From the NCBI GenBank assembly GCA_049903315.1, contig JBNGBT010000002.1:32001-96000 (forward strand): DNA of 64,000 nucleotides, read 5' to 3'. This DNA comes from Candidatus Cloacimonadota bacterium. GTDB lineage: Bacteria; Cloacimonadota; Cloacimonadia; JGIOTU-2. Shown in pieces: positions 60,741 to 64,000 of the stretch. The notes beneath the pieces were generated by a model, which saw only the letters and a program-made list of their open reading frames with translations, made no database searches and was not told the origin of the DNA. The translations under genes and the position numbers were made by a program. The stretch's first letter is position 1; each line of letters starts with the position of its first letter.

Positions 60741-61685
60741 ATGAAATATTTAGTAACTGGTGGAGCTGGATTTATTGGCTCAAATATTGTTCAGGAACTT
60801 CTTAATAGAGGAGAGTATGTTCGCGTTCTCGATAATTTTGCTACAGGGAAACGAGAGAATATATTTTGCTTTAAAGATAATGAAAATTTTGAACTCCTTG
60901 AGGGCGACTTACGGAGTTTTCATACAGTGCGCAACGCAGTTCGGGGCATGGATTATATTCTCCATCAAGGCGCTCTGCCATCAGTTCCCAGATCAATACA
61001 AGATCCCATTACTACGAATGATGTGAATATATTAGGAACATTAAATATTTTGGAAGCTGCTCGTGAATTCGATGTGAAAAGAATCATATATGCTTCTTCA
61101 TCCTCTATATACGGAGATAGTAAAGAGTTGCCCAAAAAAGAAGATATGTTTATTCAACCCCTTTCTCCCTATGCCCTTTCTAAATATACTGCAGAAAGAT
61201 ATTGCCAGATTCATACACTCATATATGGTCTTGAAACAGTTTGTCTTCGCTACTTTAATGTCTTCGGACCAAATCAGGATCCATTTTCTCAATATAGTGC
61301 TGTTATCCCAAAGTTTATTAAATTAATTTCGGCTGAGATACCACCTACAATATTTGGTGATGGCTCTCAATCCAGAGATTTTACATTCGTTCAAAATGTT
61401 GTGGAAGCTAATCTATTAGCTTGTACCGCTCCCGATACCGCAGGACAGGTAATAAATATAGCTTGTCAAGAGAGCACCACACTTATTGAACTTGTTAAAA
61501 TGATCAATGAAAAACTGCATAAAAATATTGAACCTTTATTTTCTGATAAGAGAAGTGGTGATGTAAAACATTCGTTAGCGTCCATAAAAAAAGCTGAAGA
61601 ATTATTACAATACAAAGTTGAAGTCCCATTTAGGGATGGATTATATAAGACAATAAATTTTTTACTTAATAACAAGGAGAATTGA
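60741..61685 (+). CDS. UDP-sugar 4-epimerase (WbpP/TviC-like SDR)
   Basis: TGGAGFIGS, ALPSVPRS, SPYALSK, LRYFNVFGP. Confidence 0.9.
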   Translation: MKYLVTGGAGFIGSNIVQELLNRGEYVRVLDNFATGKRENIFCFKDNENFELLEGDLRSFHTVRNAVRGMDYILHQGALPSVPRSIQDPITTNDVNILGTLNILEAAREFDVKRIIYASSSSIYGDSKELPKKEDMFIQPLSPYALSKYTAERYCQIHTLIYGLETVCLRYFNVFGPNQDPFSQYSAVIPKFIKLISAEIPPTIFGDGSQSRDFTFVQNVVEANLLACTAPDTAGQVINIACQESTTLIELVKMINEKLHKNIEPLFSDKRSGDVKHSLASIKKAEELLQYKVEVPFRDGLYKTINFLLNNKEN

Positions 61686-62644
61686 TGAATATTTTAATTA
61701 CTGGAGGTTCGGGATTTATAGGATCATATCTTGCTGAGCACCTTCTAAAGAATGGCGATTCTGTCGTAATTTTGGATAACCTTTCCACTGGACGATTGGC
61801 AAATATCAAAAATATTTATCGTCACAAGAATCTCGAAGTCCATATTGATACGATTTTCAACCGTGAACTCGTCGATGAATTAGTGAAAAATTGTGATCAG
61901 GTATATCATCTCGCAGCAGCTGTCGGGGTTCGATTTATAGTAGATAATCCTGTCCAAACTATCGAAACAAATGTAGGTGGCTCGGAAATACTTCTAAAAG
62001 CAGCAAATAAATATAAGAAAAAAATATTCATCGCTTCAACTTCCGAGGTATATGGTAAATCCGACGAGCTTCCTTTTAAGGAAGATGCGATGAGAATCTA
62101 TGGTCCCACAACTATCCGCAGATGGTCATATGCCGAGTCAAAAGCTATTGATGAATTCCTTGCATTAGCATACCTTCATGAAAAAAAATTACCGGTTGTC
62201 ATTGCTCGATTATTCAACACAGTTGGTCCACGGCAGACTGGGCAGTATGGTATGGTCGTTCCACGCTTTGTCCAGCAAGCGTTGCTTGATCACCCACTTA
62301 CTGTTTACGGAGATGGGAAACAAACACGCTGTTTTGGTTATGTGGGGGACATTGTCGAAGCTATTGTAAAACTCATGGATAACGATAAGTGCATCGGTCA
62401 AATATACAATATCGGGACAAACGAAGAAATTTCTATTTACAATCTAGCTGAAAAAGTAAAAGAACTCACTAAAAGTTCATCACAGATAAAACTTGTTCCT
62501 TATGATGAAGCATACGAAGAAGGTTTCGAGGATATGAAAAGAAGAATTCCTGACATCTCAAAAGCAGGCAGGGATATCAATTATAAAGCGAAAGTATCTC
62601 TTACAAGAATCTTGCAGGAAATCATTGAATACTATAAAAAATAA
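61682..62644 (+). CDS. NAD-dependent nucleotide-sugar epimerase/dehydratase
   Basis: TGGSGFIG, HLAAAVGV, ASTSEVYG, RWSYAESK, RLFNTVGPRQ. Confidence 0.9.
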   Translation: MMNILITGGSGFIGSYLAEHLLKNGDSVVILDNLSTGRLANIKNIYRHKNLEVHIDTIFNRELVDELVKNCDQVYHLAAAVGVRFIVDNPVQTIETNVGGSEILLKAANKYKKKIFIASTSEVYGKSDELPFKEDAMRIYGPTTIRRWSYAESKAIDEFLALAYLHEKKLPVVIARLFNTVGPRQTGQYGMVVPRFVQQALLDHPLTVYGDGKQTRCFGYVGDIVEAIVKLMDNDKCIGQIYNIGTNEEISIYNLAEKVKELTKSSSQIKLVPYDEAYEEGFEDMKRRIPDISKAGRDINYKAKVSLTRILQEIIEYYKK

Positions 62645-62646
62645 GC

Positions 62647-63084
62647 ATGGAGTACAAAAATAAGAAGGCTGCAAAGGATTATTATATTGAGAAAACCTTT
62701 GAAACGGGCATTGTGCTTACTGGTAACGAAATCAAATCCATACGTGAAGGAAGAGTGAACTTTACTGACAGTTATGCCCGTGTGAAAGAAGGTGAGCTCT
62801 GGCTCGAAAACCTTCATATAAGTCCTTATGATAAAGGTTTTAACTATGATTATAATCCTAAGCGAGCCCGAAAACTGCTCATGCATAAATACGAAATTAA
62901 CAGGTTAGATACTAAAATTGCTGAAAAAGGTTACACTCTTATCCCGCTTTCTCTGTTTATAAATGATAATGGATTAGCAAAAATAATTATCGGTCTCGCC
63001 AAGGGGAAACACACATATGAAAAGCGCGATAAGATAAAAGCAAGAGATGCTGAACGCGAGATGGATCGAACAAGGCAAAGATAA
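62647..63084 (+). CDS. smpB: SsrA-binding protein
   Basis: NKKA..DY, GIVLTG.EIKSIR, RKLLMH, GKH.YEKR. Confidence 0.96.
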   Translation: MEYKNKKAAKDYYIEKTFETGIVLTGNEIKSIREGRVNFTDSYARVKEGELWLENLHISPYDKGFNYDYNPKRARKLLMHKYEINRLDTKIAEKGYTLIPLSLFINDNGLAKIIIGLAKGKHTYEKRDKIKARDAEREMDRTRQR

Positions 63085-63089
63085 AAACT

Positions 63090-63923
63090 ATGAATTGGAT
63101 CTGGAATCCTGCAACCCATATACAGCTCTGCAAATTGGCATTATTAAAAATGTCTCCCTTTTTTAATGAACTGATCAACATTTATCCTCAATACTTCGAA
63201 CTTGGTATCATTGCTCCGGATAAATTATTTTGTGATACAACAAATCACTACTATAACTGTACTCCAAGTCCGTCAGGTTATCATTATGGCAGTGTAGTGA
63301 AAAAGATCATAAAAGAAGTAAATTTGATCAAAGAAATGATACATAATTATAACACGCTGATATATCATCACAATTGTGATGATTATATTGCGCATATCCT
63401 TGATAATCCGATAAAAACTCTCGTGTTTGAGCTTGGTGTTATCTCTCATTATGTTGCAGATTTGCACCAACCCTTCCACACTGATGGGAAATACAGATTT
63501 GAATATGAAGAAGTTCCACATCGGATATATGAGGCAGATGTGCGTAAACATTTTGGTGAATTAAGGATCGATGTTGGTAACAGACGCTACAGAATTCCTA
63601 ATCTTGAAGAATATCTTTATGCTGCAATTTATAGGATCAATAAATCTTATGATAAATTAATTAATTATTATTTTCTCACCCCAAGCAAAGTTAAGGTAGA
63701 CAGGTGGGAAAAAGCAATATCTAGAACTGAAAAATTTCTCTCAGAAGCCGCAAAATGCATTGCAAACATATGGTTTATATTCGAATCAGAGCTAAAAGTA
63801 TATAAAAAACAGTTGAAAAATATTTACTTAATGCAACAATTTGATAGTATAATTGATTTGAATGGCATCTATCACTTGAAAATATATGATTCAGGAACAA
63901 TGAGCATACGAAGGAGAAAATGA
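63090..63923 (+). CDS. Zinc-dependent phospholipase C / S1-P1 nuclease-like protein
   Basis: W...TH at the N-terminus, APD, HYVADLHQPFH, H..YE. Confidence 0.75.
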   Translation: MNWIWNPATHIQLCKLALLKMSPFFNELINIYPQYFELGIIAPDKLFCDTTNHYYNCTPSPSGYHYGSVVKKIIKEVNLIKEMIHNYNTLIYHHNCDDYIAHILDNPIKTLVFELGVISHYVADLHQPFHTDGKYRFEYEEVPHRIYEADVRKHFGELRIDVGNRRYRIPNLEEYLYAAIYRINKSYDKLINYYFLTPSKVKVDRWEKAISRTEKFLSEAAKCIANIWFIFESELKVYKKQLKNIYLMQQFDSIIDLNGIYHLKIYDSGTMSIRRRK

Positions 63924-64000
63924 ATAATAACGCCGTTATACAGATTGAAAATATTACAAAGATATATCAGATGGGAAAGGTAAAAGTTCCTGCACTTGCC
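63920..64000 (+). CDS. ABC transporter ATP-binding protein (LolD/MacB-like), 3'-truncated
   Basis: AAGGAG RBS; MNNNAVIQIENITKIYQMGKVKVPAL. Confidence 0.7.
   Translation, partial: MNNNAVIQIENITKIYQMGKVKVPALA

Overview
AT-rich bacterial window, almost all on the + strand. The many proteins ending in a FlgD-Ig/T9SS-like sorting tail (NxPNPF...YNIKG...WxGxD..G..VSxGxYxY) suggest Candidatus Cloacimonadota or another FCB lineage; this is inference. The main signal is a complete selenocysteine system: tRNA-Sec (selC), selA, selB, and a NifS/Sec-lyase-SelD fusion. Next to it are three genes that the ORF track splits but which read through an in-frame UGA (11322-13499, UxxC; 16072-17994, UxxC; 35756-36793, CxxU). 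All three have an N-terminal signal peptide, a GC-rich hairpin just after the UGA and the C-terminal sorting tail, so they look like exported selenoproteins. The first ends a tightly packed run of DsbD, an Omp28-like lipoprotein, a TlpA/TonB fusion and a beta-barrel, which could carry electrons across the envelope. The middle accessory region has tandem anti-sigma/GNAT paralogs, a lone integron cassette with a 59-bp attC, and repeated copies of the nifS-selD start region between minus-strand genes. The right half is the rimP-nusA-infB-rbfA-truB-ribF-ispDF block, hutI, a Wzx/Wzy polysaccharide cluster and smpB.
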